Source: the human T2T-CHM13v2.0 reference genome, Homo sapiens. From it: a DNA stretch of 64,000 bases. This document shows positions 1-15,777 of the stretch, in pieces. How positions within the stretch are numbered: the first letter of the stretch is position 1; every line of letters begins with the position of its first letter. The notes beneath the pieces were generated by a model that ran no database searches, was not told where the DNA came from, and worked only from the letters and a program-made list of their open reading frames with translations. Both the position numbers and the translations under genes were made by a program. The stretch lies in assembly GCF_009914755.1 (NCBI RefSeq), contig NC_060931.1. The stretch is one strand, 5' to 3'.

Positions 1-139
1 AGCTGGGACTACAGGCGCCTGCCATCATGCCCGGCTTATTTTTTGTATTTCTTTTAGTAGAGATGGGGTTTCACCATGTTAGCCAGGATGGTCTCAATCT
101 CCTGACCTCGTGATCTGCCTGCCTCAGCCTCCCAAAGTG
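1..139 (-). mobile_element. Alu (partial, window edge)
   Basis: Antisense Alu motifs (gggtttcaccatgttagccaggatggtctcaatctcctgacctcg). Confidence 0.95.
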
Positions 140-268
140 ACACCCTTTCAAAACAAATGTGAAATAAAAGCATGTTAGACATAATAAAGTTGAAAGAATT
201 CACCACCAGGAGACTCACAGTGAGACAAATGTTAAATAAGTTCTTTAGGCAGAATAAAAATGATACCA

Positions 269-553
269 GGCCAGGCACGGTGGCTCATGCCTGTAATCGC
301 AGCATTTTGGGAGGCTGAGGCAGGTGGATCACGAGGTCAGGAGATCAAGACCATCCTTGCCAACATGGTGAAACCCCGTCTCTACTAAAAATACAAAAAC
401 AAGCTGGGCGTGATGGTGTGTGCCTGTAGTCCCAGCTACTCAGGAGGCTGAGCCAGGAGAATCTCTTGAAAGGAGGTGGAGGTTGCAGTGAGCCGAGATT
501 GCACCACTGCACTACAGCCTGGGTGACAGAGCAAGACTCCCTCTCAAAAAAAA
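269..553 (+). mobile_element. AluS-type element
   Basis: Full dimer with A tail; flanking direct repeat gatacca. Confidence 0.95.
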
Positions 554-1441
554 GATACCAGGTGGAAATGTGAATCTATAAAAGAAATACAGAGCATCAG
601 AAATGGTAACTATGTGGGTACATCTATATACTTTTTCTTAAACTTTAGATCTGTTGAAAGATAACCAACTGTTTAAGCAAAAATAATAACAATGTAGTGT
701 AATATTTGTAGCACATATCAAAGTATAATACACAACAACAATAACACAAAGTTTGGGAGGGGAGAAATTGAAGTATAACATTGTGAAGTTCCCAAACGTG
801 CAATGGTATCATATCACTGGAAGATAGTCTGAGATAAGTTAAAGGTGTATAGTATAAACCATAAAACAATACTAAAATAACACAACAAAAAGTTGTAGCT
901 AATAAGATAACAAAGGAGGGAACGTGAAATCATTTAAAAATAATAAATATAAAAGAAGGTAGAAATGAGGAAAAGCGGAATTAAAAAACACATGAAACAC
1001 ACAGAAAGTACAAAGATAATATATTTAAATTTAACTATGTCATAAATCTCATTAAATGTAAATGGTTTAAACTCATATAAATGACAGAGATTGTCAGATT
1101 TGATTTTAAAAAATCAAACATCTACATGCTGCTCCAAAGAAATACACTTTTAATATAAAAACATAAACTAAAATATATAGCATGCTAACAGTAATCAAAA
1201 GAAAGCTGGATTATCTACATTAGCATTACAAAAATTGGTTTTTAGACGAACAAATATTACCATAGATGAAGATAGTAATTCCATACTGATAAGGGGTCAA
1301 TTGATCAAGAGAACATAACAATCCTAAAAGTTGATGCCCCTTATTAACAGAGATTCTAAACACATGCAGTAAAAAAGTTTCTGTATTAATTTGATTAGGA
1401 TAATGGCCTCCAGCTGCATCCATGTTGCTGCAAAGGACTAG

Positions 1442-2102
<661 letters not shown>

Positions 2103-2239
2103 AGATGCATTTTAAACATAAAAATACAGATAAGTTAAAAGTAAACAAATACAAAAATAAAGACTATACAAACACTAATTATAAGAAAGCTAGAGAGGCT
2201 ATATTATCAGACAAAGTAGACTTTATAATAAGAAATATT

Positions 2240-2595
<356 letters not shown>

Positions 2596-3421
2596 TTAAT
2601 TTATTAAGAAGATGTAAGAATCTTAAGTGTGTACATGCCTAATTACAGAGTTCCAAAACACATAAAGCAAAAACAAAGGGAAGCATAAAGAAAATTGACA
2701 AATTCACAATTATAACTGGAGATTTTAGTACTTTCCTTAGTAACAAGTAACACAAACAAGCAAAAAAGTCAGTAAGAATATAGATTTAAACCACACTATT
2801 AACCAACTTATTTAAATTGCACTTATGTAACACAACATCCAACAACTACACAATACACATTTTTTTCAAGTGCATATCGAATATTTACCAACATAGACCA
2901 TATGTTGGGCCATAAAACAAGTCTGAATCAATTTTAAAAGCTTTGGATCATACAGAGTATGAACATCTATGAATGTGTCTCCTGGTGCACATGTAGCAGA
3001 GTTTCTATAGGGCATATGCCCGAGAGAGAAATGAGAGTATATGCATGAGTAGCTTTACTAAATAATACTAAACTGTTTTTCAAAGAAGTTATACAGGTGT
3101 ATGATATGCTCTTACCAGCAGTGTAGAAGAGCTCTCATTGGTTTACATCATTGGAGTAGAAAATGTACTCTGACACCATGGAGTGCCAGGAAATTTAATT
3201 TCTTACTAATTTGGTGACGGCTGTAACATGGTATTCCATTTTAAATTGCATTTACCTGATTACCACTGAGGTTAAGCATTTTGTATATGTCTAGTAGTCT
3301 TTCCTGTTACTTCTAAGAAATGCTTGTCAAGTTCTTTGCTTATTTTTCTCCTCTCCTTTTGGCTATTTTCTTATCAAGATAGTCTGTATTCTGGATAGAA
3401 GTCCTTTGTTGACTACCTGGT

Positions 3422-4041
3422 TGTGCCAGAAATTAAACTATACTGTCTCTTAGCTCTGAGCCCACCCTTCTTGACCCTGCTTACTGAGGCTGTGGCACTC
3501 TGCAAACTACATTTCTCATCTACCTGCTGGCTTCCTGCAGATTCTGCTGATTGAAGCAATAGATGAGGATGGGACGGCAGAAAGAGAAGAATGGGACATG
3601 CTTTTGTTCCATTTGTTGTTCCCATCAGCGCAGCCCCAGCAATGACCCTTAATGCTGGAAGCACTGGGTCTTGTGCCAGCTTTCTTATGGCACTCCTGGA
3701 ACCACCCTCATTGGCAGCGCTCTACCTTGGAAGACCCACCTTCTGAGCTCCTGAGTTACTGGCACCAGCTGGGCAGCACCCCATCCTCACAAGTGTGAGG
3801 TCCAATTCCTCAGAGCCCCTGCTCCACAATTCTCTATTCTGATAACTGCAGCCTCTTCACTTTTTCTCTCAAAACTAGCAGGAGAAAGCTGCTTCCAGAC
3901 GTTATTATCTCTGCATCACCTTGGGGTTCTCTTTGCCTTTCCATTTCATGAATGCCTATTTAACCAATACTTTATAATCAATTCTTTCTGTTGAAATGCT
4001 GAGTGTAGTTTCTGATTTCTTACTCTACCTTGGCTGATACA
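3422..4041 (+). mobile_element. ERVL solo LTR (LTR41/LTR33-like)
   Basis: TG...CA termini (tgtgccagaaattaaac ... ggctgataca) interrupting an antisense old L1; family from recall. Confidence 0.55.
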
Positions 4042-5250
4042 ATGATTCACAAACCTCTCTTCCTGCTATGTGACTCACCTTTTCACTATCTGAGGGCTTT
4101 CAGAACAGAGACGTTTCTTAACTGCAATGAACCAGAATGGATTAATACATGGATTAATAAATCTTTTTTTATATTGTCTTAATTTGAAAATCCTTCTTCT
4201 ACTCCAATATCATAAGAATTTTCTCATATTTTCTAAATTTGTTAAAAAGATTTTTTTATATTTAGGTCTTGAATCCTCTTGGAATTTATTTTGTGAATGA
4301 ATATCTAATTGTCCTAGCACTCTTTTATCAGAGAGTACACCCTTTCTTCACTGGTCTACAATGCTGCCTCTCTCATATATCAGGTTTCTATCTATGGATA
4401 GTCAATTTTTAGAATCCCCATTCTCTTCATTAGTTTTGTTTGTGTACCCTTATGTCAATACTACACGGTCTTATAACATTATAAGTCTTCATATCTGGTA
4501 GCGCTGGTTTCCTTGCCTAATTATTTTTCTTCAGATAAACTCTACCTATTCCCAACTCTTTATTTTCCCACATAATTTTTAACATTAGTGTGTCAATTAC
4601 TATAAAAATCACTATTAGGATTTTGATTGCAATTGCATTAAATCTGTAAATTTGGAGAGCAGTATCTTTACAAAATTGTCTTGTCCTATCCAAAAACAAA
4701 GCATACTTCTCTACTTATTTAAGTACCCTTTAAATATTTCAATGAAGCTTTAAAATAGTCTAAACAAAGGTCTTGTACAACTTGTATTTATTCCTAGGGA
4801 GCCTGTATTTTTGTTACTCTGTTAAGAAATTTCATTTCTGTTACAGGTGTGTGGAAATATATTTGATTTAAAATAAGTTTATTGTATAACTTATTTGAAT
4901 TTATTAAAATTAATAATTCAGATAATTTGTAGATTACTTTGTGTTTTCTATATAACCACAGTGTCACTGAAATAATGGGTGTTTTGTTTCTTCTATTCCA
5001 CTGAAAAACCCTACTTTTTTGGTCTTAAATGCACTACCTCTAGCTTTTGGTGGTTTTAAATAGAAACAAAGCTACCACGCATCTTTGTCATTTCCAGTTT
5101 TTAAGAGAATGCTTCTAACGTTGCACCATTAAGTATGACGGTTGCTGGTTGTAGACTTTTGGACTTTTTAGAGTCTTATTGTTTAACAAGAAGAATTTTA
5201 ACATGAGGATTTCTTTTAATTCCTTCCTTGCCTTTTCCCTTTCCAATAAG
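4042..5250 (-). mobile_element. Old L1 ORF2 remnant
   Basis: ggattttgattgcaattgcattaaatctgta; translation IYRFNAIAIKI...LKIMW resembles L1 ORF2. Confidence 0.7.
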
Positions 5251-6377
5251 AGAGGACCATTGTTGGGGGAGCCAGAAGACCGAGAGAGTAGCCAGTGACA
5301 GAGCTCCACGTGTCTGTGAATTGGCTCATCTCCTCCAGCAAGAAAGATGGAATCTGAGCTCAGAAGAGTATGCATGCTCAGGTTTGGAGAACTGAACACC
5401 AAATAGCAACAGAGTTCATTTGACTGGTGCTACCTCAAGTAATTTATATTAACTCTATTCTTAGTTATTAACCTTGCCAATTTTGCTGTCTTTACTTCCC
5501 CCAATAAATATTTATTGCATCCCAACTTTTATGCTCAATATTGTGTTTGGCACTGTAGAAAGACACAAAGAGATTGCATTTTCCTTTGTGAGCCTCTGTG
5601 CATTCTGAGCTTTGGTCTCCGTGACAGTTATCACAGGCACTGCCACCATCTCATGTGACCCTTTGGGTGGGTGTCCTTTCTCTACATTTTTGAGATCTGT
5701 ATGGCCTTTTAATGTCAGAAGTGGCCTTAATGTAGGATGTTGGCCAAGGGCCAGGTTCACTTTGCAGGACCTGTGGTGCTGTGCCTCAGGGCAGGGGTCT
5801 GCCCAGCAGAGGAGACATTTCTGGTCCTTGCTGCTTCAGTTGTGCTTCTAGCCTGAGGCCCCTTGGGACAGCTGGGGAAGCTTCCTGAGCTCCATGATGG
5901 GATTCAAATAATTCGAATTATTGGTATGGGCTTTCCTGGGTTCAGTCAAGACCATGCAAAAAACCAAGAATAGTTGACATGAGAATAAAAAGAGAGGAGA
6001 TGAGCAGAAAAGCCCCCAATTCTATCCACTGGGGTAGGGGTGAGGGTGGAAAGAAGGGACGTGGGGACACATTCAAGTTAGTGGACTTTAAGGAGGAGAT
6101 GAAGGAAGAAAGGAGTGGCCCTGCTCTTGGCAATGATTCTTCAAGCAGGTGTCTTGGAAGTGGTCCTAAGACGAGATGGAAGTGAGCTGAGGAGGCTTCT
6201 AGGGGACCAAGTAGGGAGGGATTAATAAGGAAGAAGAGGGCCAAAAGGGCTAATTTGCTGTGAGGCAAAATGTCCAAATCTCTAAAACTTTCTAAGAGTC
6301 AACGTAAATTTCAGTGCATAGATGTGAGTGTTGCAACATAGGTGAAAAGGTATTTAGTAGAAACTCCTAGAAGCTGA

Positions 6378-6449
6378 GGGGGTATAGCTCAGGGGTAGAG
6401 CACTTGACTGCAGATCAAGAAGTCCTTGGTTCAAATCCAGGTGCCCCCT
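6378..6449 (+). tRNA. tRNA-Cys(GCA)
   Basis: 72 nt GGGGGTATAGCTCAGGGGTAGAGCACTTGACTGCAGATCAAGAAGTCCTTGGTTCAAATCCAGGTGCCCCCT; A/B boxes intact, U73, T5 terminator at 6462-6466. Confidence 0.95.
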
Positions 6450-6951
6450 GGAAAGAGTCTCTTTTTAGTACCACATACCAATTGGTACCTTTAGGTTGCC
6501 CCAGGTCCTATGGCAGGTTGAGGGGAGGTTCCTGGGAAGGAAGTGGAGGGAGAAGAGATGGAAAGGAATCTAGTCATCCTTTGGGCTGCGGCAATGGAAA
6601 GTCCCAAAACTAGGAATGTGGTTCTAGCTATGATCTTGTTATTAAGGTGATGTGTGAACTCATGCAGGCCTTTAGTCTTTGTTTTTTCTTTCAGGCATAT
6701 AACATGCAAGTATAGACTAAAATCAAAGTTGCCAAACATGTCTGAGAACCAGAATGACCTGGGAGGGTGGTCAAGTATACAGATGCCTTGGGTCCCACCT
6801 TGAGATTCTGATTTGTTAGGTGTGAGAAGTTTGATTTTTCTTTCTTTTAATCTTCCCACATCACAGAAACACCAGATGATCTCCTGGGCCGCAAAATTCA
6901 GCAAACACTTAGGAAGCAGATTCACCACGTACCAGTTATTAATCTGCAGTT

Positions 6952-7387
6952 TGTACCACTTGCTCGAGTCCAGTGATGCAGAACACTCACACAGCAAGTT
7001 AAGCAAAGCAACTTTATTCCTTACAGGCAGGCAAGGGACAACAGAAGCCTGGGATGTAGGGTGAACTGGTCCCCCAAGGCTCAGGAACCTGCCCAGGGCA
7101 GATGGAGTCTCACCTGTGTGTCCCACTTCACACTGCAGCTGAGGGACCCTGAACGCCCTCTGCTGTCAAGTTTTATACCCCAAGGGCAACTTGGATCATT
7201 GGGCTAAAGCGTTGCAGGACATCCTGTTCTAGGTGTGATGGGAACAGAGTCCAGGTTTAGGACAGTTCCTCCTTATCTCAGGACAACACTCCCAGTACAT
7301 TCTCTAGTTATTCTGAGAACTACAACCAAGAAAAGAGGGAAGCACCGGGTTGGCCAAGGCCATCCGGAGACTTGTCCTGCTGGGTCA
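6952..7387 (-). mobile_element. ERVL LTR (MER54/MER73/MER74-group-like)
   Basis: Minus strand reads TG...CA, with TATAAAA near 7170 and AATAAA at 7013-7018; family from recall. Confidence 0.5.
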
Positions 7388-7628
7388 TTTAAAAAGCTTT
7401 TCTAGGATAACGTTGGCTTTCCAAGTGGTTTTCCAAGCTGATGTCTTTCCCACTGAGGAGAAGCTGTAGGCCTGTGGACTGCCAGGTAGGAGGAGGTTGA
7501 GGTTTAGAGGAAAGAGGAGAGCAGGAATGGGTTGTTTGCAGTGGGGCTGTTCCCATGGACTCACCAAGAAGAAATCGAGGTGCTGATGGGGCTGCACAAG
7601 TGCTTATCAGAAACAGCTGTAACAAGTG

Positions 7629-7699
7629 AGGGGTGCAACTGAAGGTACAGCATTTGCCTGCAGGCCAAGCGGTCTCTGGTTCAAATCCATGTGCCTCCC
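7629..7699 (+). pseudogene. Decayed tRNA-Cys(GCA)
   Basis: AGGGGTGCAACTGAAGGTACAGCATTTGCCTGCAGGCCAAGCGGTCTCTGGTTCAAATCCATGTGCCTCCC; B box intact, D arm degraded. Confidence 0.85.
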
Positions 7700-7894
7700 A
7701 CCCCCCTTCAGTTTTCTACTTATTGAACAAAAGCCTTTTCACCTCGGGTCTATTATACTGGAATCTTCCTGCAAGGAGAGAAGAGAGGATAGACAGCATA
7801 GAGCTTTGCCAGGAAGCCTCTCTAGTTTCTTGTAGGCCCCAGTGAACTTCTCCAGGCGACTCTGTCCCCTCATTAACCCTTATCCTCAGAGCCT

Positions 7895-8394
7895 TGAAAT
7901 GGGCCCAATTGTCCCATAGAACTGATGTTTATGGTTTTTCTTGAATAAACCTAGAAATTGACCCTCTCAGTCTTGAAACCCAAGGAGAAATTTACATTTA
8001 TGTCATCTGAATTCCTTTCTCAGGAAACCAGCCAGCAATCCTCCCAGACGGTATCAAGAAACTGAAATTTACCAGATCCCCACATCTGGAAAGTGAGAAG
8101 CCAGACCCCTCACCCATCATGATTCCCCAGGTGACCACCTGCTGCCTGTTGGCCAACTCCTCTTCCTTGCCCCTCGTTAATCCCTGTTTTCCCACATGTA
8201 GTTACATTTCTTCCCTGCTATATAAACCCCTAATTTTAGTCAGTTGATGATGATGGATTTGAGACTGATCTCTTGTTCACCCTGTCTGTAGCACCTGGAT
8301 AAAGCCTTCTTCCCTGACAATACTTGTCTCAGTGACTGGCTTTCTGTGAGATGAGCAGCAAGACCTAGATGGAACCCCTGGTGTTTCCGCAACA
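7895..8394 (+). mobile_element. Solo LTR (LTR47-like)
   Basis: TG...CA, TATAAA at 8221, 4-bp TSD GCCT (7891-7894 and 8395-8398). Confidence 0.75.
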
Positions 8395-9774
8395 GCCTTG
8401 CAACTTTCACTTTCCCTGTGGGAACGCTCATCTCGGCCATCCCCTGGAAGGGCGGGTAGGGAATTGACTCCTCTGGAATCCTCACCCCCAGGGACTGTGT
8501 AGCATAGGGCCTTGCCTGGAGCAGGTCCCATGGCTGCAGCTGCTCCACCCTGAGCTGCTCTGGCAGGGTCTATACAGAGTGAAGGAACTAAAGGAAGAGC
8601 GGTGAGGAGGGCTCCTAAGTGGCACAATGACTGCCAGGAAGTGGCTGTTATAGGCAGGGGTTTGCAAGCTACTTTTAGTCAGGAGGCCCCACACTATGCC
8701 CTGGGGCTACTTCCCTGCCCCTTCTGTGTTTATGAAGCCCCAGTATCTGCTTCATAAACACCAGATGTGCATGTGGGGGGCATCTGTCTCCCACCTGAGC
8801 AGAGGCTCCCAGTGCCCACTGGGGTGAGTGAGCTGCAACGTCTTCTCAGGGAGGTGAACAAGGTGAAATGCTGTAACACTGACTGTTGGAATCTGGGAGA
8901 AAGACTGAAAGAGGCAGTGGTTTCCCCTGTGTCTGAATGAGTGCTCAATTATTCCTTGTGGCAGCATCCCGCGGATGATCAGTTGTTGCTTGCGGGCTTT
9001 GTTATTTCAAGTCAATAAAACCACATCCTTACCAATAGGGAGACATCTATTCAATTCCCTTCTGCAAGCGGTATCAGACTTCCACGTGTGGGTTCGCTGC
9101 CTCGTTTTATACTAGTTGAAATTCTTATTTGGGACTCGGGGGACCTCTCTTGCCCAGCATGCCCTGCTGGGCTCACTCCATTCGGTCTCTCCATGGAGTT
9201 AAAAGCAACAACAGCTAAAAGCAAAGATCCGAAACAAACAAAAAATAATAATTACTTTTTAAACAAAGAAAAAAAAAGCAAAGATGTGAACCCAATTCTG
9301 CTTAATCCCTAGCAGATTTTTTCTCCCTGAACAAGAGTATAACAGTCCATAATAACATAATTGTAGCTGCAATCTGCTTACTCCCATAAAATATTAGCCT
9401 AAGAGACAAACACTGCCACTTTCTAAGGAGCAAGTCAATTTCTTTTCAAGTTTTGAAGAGTGTAGAAGTTGGAGCCTCATGTAGGAAGCCTGGCCTTGCT
9501 CTTGCAGTGCTACAGGCAGGAGCCGTGCAGGCAGAAGGAGCCTCAGCAGAGGCCAGCATCAAGTGCGGGTCCTGGAGTGCCTGAGGACGGGGAGCGTGGG
9601 GAGTGGAGCAGGGAAGGTGGTGCAGGGAGTAGCAGGGGAACAGGATGCTAAAGATGGAAGGGCTTTATAGTCACCACACAGAATTTGGTTCCATGCAATG
9701 CAGCTCAGAGCTACCCTCCGTCCTTTTTCAGCTCTCCAGACTTCTTTTTCCCCTATGACTTCTACCCACCAACT

Positions 9775-10155
9775 TGCAGTCAGAAATGCGGATATAACTT
9801 TTGACTCCCCTGAAATGTAACTACTAATAGCCTACTGTTGACTGGAAGCCTTTCTGATAACATAAACAGTCAATGAACACATATTTTATATGTTCTATGT
9901 GTTATATACTGTATTCTTAAAATAAAGCTAGAGAAAAGAAAATATTAAGAAAATCATAAGGGAAAATTTATTTCCTATGGAATAAGTAGAAGTGAAGTGA
10001 ATCATCATAGAAGTCCTAATCTTTGTCATCTTCACAGAGTAGGCTGAAGAAGAAAAGAGGGGTTGGTCTTACTGTCTTGGGGGCAGCAAAGATAGAAGAC
10101 AATCTGTCTGTTAAGTGGACCCACAGTTCAAACCTGTGTTGTTCAAAGTCAACTG
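9775..10155 (-). mobile_element. Tigger2/MER28-like DNA transposon fragment
   Basis: Ends in tgtgttgttcaaagtcaactg (TIR-like); inverse homology to 53338-53770. Confidence 0.75.
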
Positions 10156-11699
10156 TAGTTTTACTTATAGACTTTACAGATTCAGGACCAGGCTTCCTGG
10201 GTCAAAGTAATGGGAAGTGCAGAACCACCTTTGCTGACTAATGCAAGCCCAGATGAAGGGCGCTTGAACTGGAAGCAAGGCCTCCTAGTCTGCACTCAGC
10301 TACTGCACCCTGGCACTGGCACCTGGGCTGGCTGAGCAGTATCTCTGACTCTGGAAGCTGAGTCCCACGCTCTTGTTGCCTGCGGCTCTTTCTTCACACC
10401 CAGAGTGGCTCTGGTTTACTAGCAGGCCTGCTCCCCTACTAAGAGGACACCTTGCTTCCCTTTCAGTCCCCTCTTCTGGCCATTTCAGCCAGCCCTCCTC
10501 AGCCTGAAGTCTTCAGCTCCTTGGAGGGCAGGTGGATAGAGAAGCTAGAACCACTTCCTCAGATCTCACTTGGGCTTTTCTGGTAGCTAGGGAGCTACTG
10601 TAATTTAAAAATCAGCTCACCCTCTGGGCGTGTCTCTCTGCAGAAGGTACGTGCTCTAAGAGGCGGTTTGTGCATGTGTTGCTGAAGGGGACTTAGGAAG
10701 TGCTTACCTTTATTCGAGATGATGGGGAATCTTCCAGACCAGGTATGACCACTGGGAAAAGTGACTGTCTGGAAAGCTGGGGTTGCCTAGAAACATATAT
10801 GAAGGGGAAAGGTACTGTGACTTGGTGTTTGTTCCTCCCAGCAGGACCTGAATAATCCCTGGGGAGGGGGCTCTGCTGTTGGGCAGGCAGAGGACAGGAC
10901 GCTCTGGCCCAGTGCAGCAAACACTCCAGGGGCTGCAGGCCACCTCCACCCTAACATCAGCCTTGCTGCAGAGCCCCCTGCCTGTGCTGATGTGGGAAGG
11001 GGTCCTGATTAGGGAGTGTGAATAGTCCTGTAATTGGGAAGATCTAGAGTTGTGAAATAATGTTCATTTTTTGAAATTGTGGCTTTGGGTGAAATTCAAA
11101 CATTGCAGAAAGGTGAGACCTAAACATGGTACTTATGCTGAGACTCTGCTTGGGGGGCCCACCTGAGCAGCCAGCCAGCCCCCACCCTGATGATATTGCC
11201 ACTGGATTACAAGGCATGGAGTGTCTCAGGCTTATCACAGGTAGGGGTGAGAATAAAACAGGAGTCATGGGCTTTGCATGGAGATACAGAAATAATCAGA
11301 CAACTGAGGTCTCTGAAGCCTCAAAAGGACTGTGACTTTTGACATCACTAACGAAGTTTTAGGACTCAGGCCTAGACCACCCCTTCTCTAGCAGGAGTTC
11401 ATTGATAGCTGACCTGATCAATGGCTTTACTGTTCTTCTACAAACACCTGTACCATATCACTCGTAGTTTCCGATCACTAATCACTCAACATACTCATAT
11501 CTTTTATGGCCATTCTTTGTGCGTCTTTTCAGCTTCCCCCTCTGCTGTCGGCTCCTCTTCCCTTTCTTGGTGTCTGTTATGTTAACCATCTTGAAAAGAG
11601 AGAATCTGATTGGTTATTAACCCTGTGTGGGCAGAACTGCAGGTCACTGGTTCACTTGCATATTAGCTGGAAAGAGAGGAAAACGTCAAAGAAACTAAT

Positions 11700-13222
<1,523 letters not shown>

Positions 13223-13237
13223 AAAAATAAGTCAGCT

Positions 13238-15777
13238 CTCCCTCTCCCTCTCCCTCTCGGTCTCCCTCTCCCTCTCCCTCTCCCTCTGGTCTCCCTCTCC
13301 CTCTCCCTCTCCCTCTCGGTCTCCCTCTCCCTCTCGGTCTCCCTCTCCCCACGGTCTCCCTCTCCCTCTCTTTCCACGGTCTCCCTCCCTTTCCACGGTC
13401 TCCCTCCCTTTCCACGGTCTCCCTCTGATGCCGAGCCGAAGCTGGACTGTACTGCTGCCACCTTGGCTCACTGCAACCTCCCTGCCTGATTCTCCTGCCT
13501 CAGCCTGCCGAGTGCCTGCGATTACAGGCGCGCGCCGCCACGCCTGACTGGTTTTCGTACTTTTTTGGTGGAGACGGGGTTTCGCTGTGTTGGCCGGGCT
13601 GGTCTCCAGCTCCTAACCGCGAGTGATCCGCCAGCCTTGGCCTCCCGAGGTGCCGGGATTGCAGACGGAGTCTGGTTCACTCAGTGCTCAATGGTGCCCA
13701 GGCTGGAGTGCAGTGGCATGATCGCGGCTCGCTACAACCTCCACCTCCCAGCCGCCTGCCTTGGCCTCCCAAAGTGCCGAGATTGCAGCCTCTGCCCGGC
13801 CGCCACCCCGTCTGGGAAGTGAGGAGCGTCTCTGCCCGGCCACCCATCGTCTGGGACGTGAGGAGCCCCTCTGCCTGTCTGCCCAGTCTGGAAAGTGAGG
13901 AGCGTCTCTGCCCGGCCGCCATCTCATCTAGGAAGTAAGGAGCGCCTCTTCCTGGCCGCCATCCCATCTAGGAACTGAGGAGCGTCTCTGCCCGGCCGCC
14001 CATTGTCTGAGATGTGGGGAGCACCTCTGCCCCGCCGCCCCATCTGGGAGGTGAGGAGCGTCTCTGCCCCGCCGCCCCGTCTGAGAAGTGAGGAGGTCCT
14101 CCGCCTGGCAACCGCCCCGTCTGAGAAGTGAGGAGCTCCTCCGCCCGGCAGCCACCCCGTCTGGGAAGTGAGGAGCGTCTCCGCCCGGCAGCCACCCCAT
14201 CAGGGAGGGAGGTGGGGGTCAGCCCCCGCCAGGCCAGCCACCCCATCCGGGAGGGAGGTGGGGGGGTCAGCCCCCACCGCCCGGCCAGCCGCCCCATCCG
14301 GGAGGGAGGTGGGGGGATCAGCCCCCCACCCGGCCAGCCGCCCCGTCCTGGAGGGAGGTGGGGGGGTCAGCCCCCCACCCGGCCAGCCGCCCCGTCCTGG
14401 AGGGAGGTGGGGGGGTCAGCCCCCCGCCCGGCCAGCCGCCCCGTCCAGGAGGTGAGGGGCGCCTCTGCCCAGCTGCCCCTACTGGGAAGTGAGGAGCCCC
14501 TCTGCCTGGCCAGCCGCCCCGTCCAGGAGGGAGGTGGGGGGGTCAGCCCCCCGCCCGGCCAGCCGCGCCGTCCGGGAGGGAGGTGGGGGGACAGCCCCCT
14601 GCCCGGCCAGCCACCCCGTCCGGGAGGGAGGTGGGGGGGGTCAGCGCCCCGCCCGGCCAGCCGCCCCGTCCGGGAGGGAGGTGGGGGGGGTCAGCCCCCC
14701 GCCTGGCCAGCCGCCCCGTCCGGGAGGTGAGGGGCGCCTCTGCCCAGCTGCCCCTACTGGGAAGTGAGGAGCCCCTCTGCCTGGCCAGCCGCCCCGTCCG
14801 GGAGGGAGGTGGGGGGGGTCAGCCCCGAGCCCGGCCAGCCGCCCTGTCCAGGAGGGAGGTGGGGGGGTCAGCCCCCCGCCCGGCCGGCCGGCCCGTCCGG
14901 GAGGTGAGGGGCGCCTCTGCCTGGCCGCCCCTACTGGGAAATGAGGGGCCCCTCTGCCTGGCCAGCCGCCCCGTCCGGGAGGGAGGTGGGGGGGTTGGCC
15001 CCCCTCCCGGCCAGCCGCCCCGTCCGGGAGGTGAGGGGCGCCTCTGCCTGGCTGCCCCTGCTGGGAAGTGAGGAGCCCCTCTGCCCGGCCAGCCGCCCCG
15101 TCCGGGAGGGAGGTGGGGGGGTCAGCCCCCTGCCCGCCAGCCGCCCGTCTGGGAGGTGAGGGGCGCCTCTGCCTGGCCGCCCCTACAGGGATGTGAGGAG
15201 CCCCTCTGCCCGGCCACCACCCCGTCTGGGAGGTGTACCCAACAGCTCATTGAGAACGGGCCGGGATGACAATGGCGGTTTTGTGGAATAGAAAGGGGGG
15301 AAAGGTGGGGAAAAGATTGAGAAATCGGATGGTTGCTGTGTCTGTGTAGAAAGAAGTAGACATGGGAGACTTTTCATTTTGTTCTGTACTAAGAAAAATT
15401 CTTCTGCCTTGGGATCCTGTTGATCGGTGACCTTTTACCCCCAACCCTGTGCTCTCTGAAACATGTGCTGTGTCCACTCAGGGTTAAATGGATTAAGGGC
15501 GGTGCAAGATGTGCTTTGTTAAACAGATGCTTGAAGGCAGCATGCTCCTTAAGAATCATCACCACTCCCTAATCTCAAGTACCCAGGGACACAAACACTG
15601 CGGAAGGCCGCAGGGTCCTCTGCCTAGGAAAACCAGAGACCTTTGTTCACTTGTTTATCTGCTGACCTTCCCTCCACTATTGTCCTATGACCCTGCCGAA
15701 TCCCCCTCTGCGAGAAACACCCAAGAATGATCAATACAAATAAAAATAAAATAAAATAAAATAAAAAAAGGGGGAAA
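13238..15777 (+). mobile_element. Full-length SVA (SVA_D-like)
   Basis: (CCCTCT)n head, antisense Alu-like region, GC-rich VNTR (~13790-15230), SINE-R, A tail; 15-bp TSD aaaaataagtcagct at 13223-13237 and 15778-15792. Confidence 0.97.

Noticed and set aside
6491-7126. 211-aa minus-strand ORF
   Set aside because: Spans LTR and MER5-like sequence; no recognisable domain.
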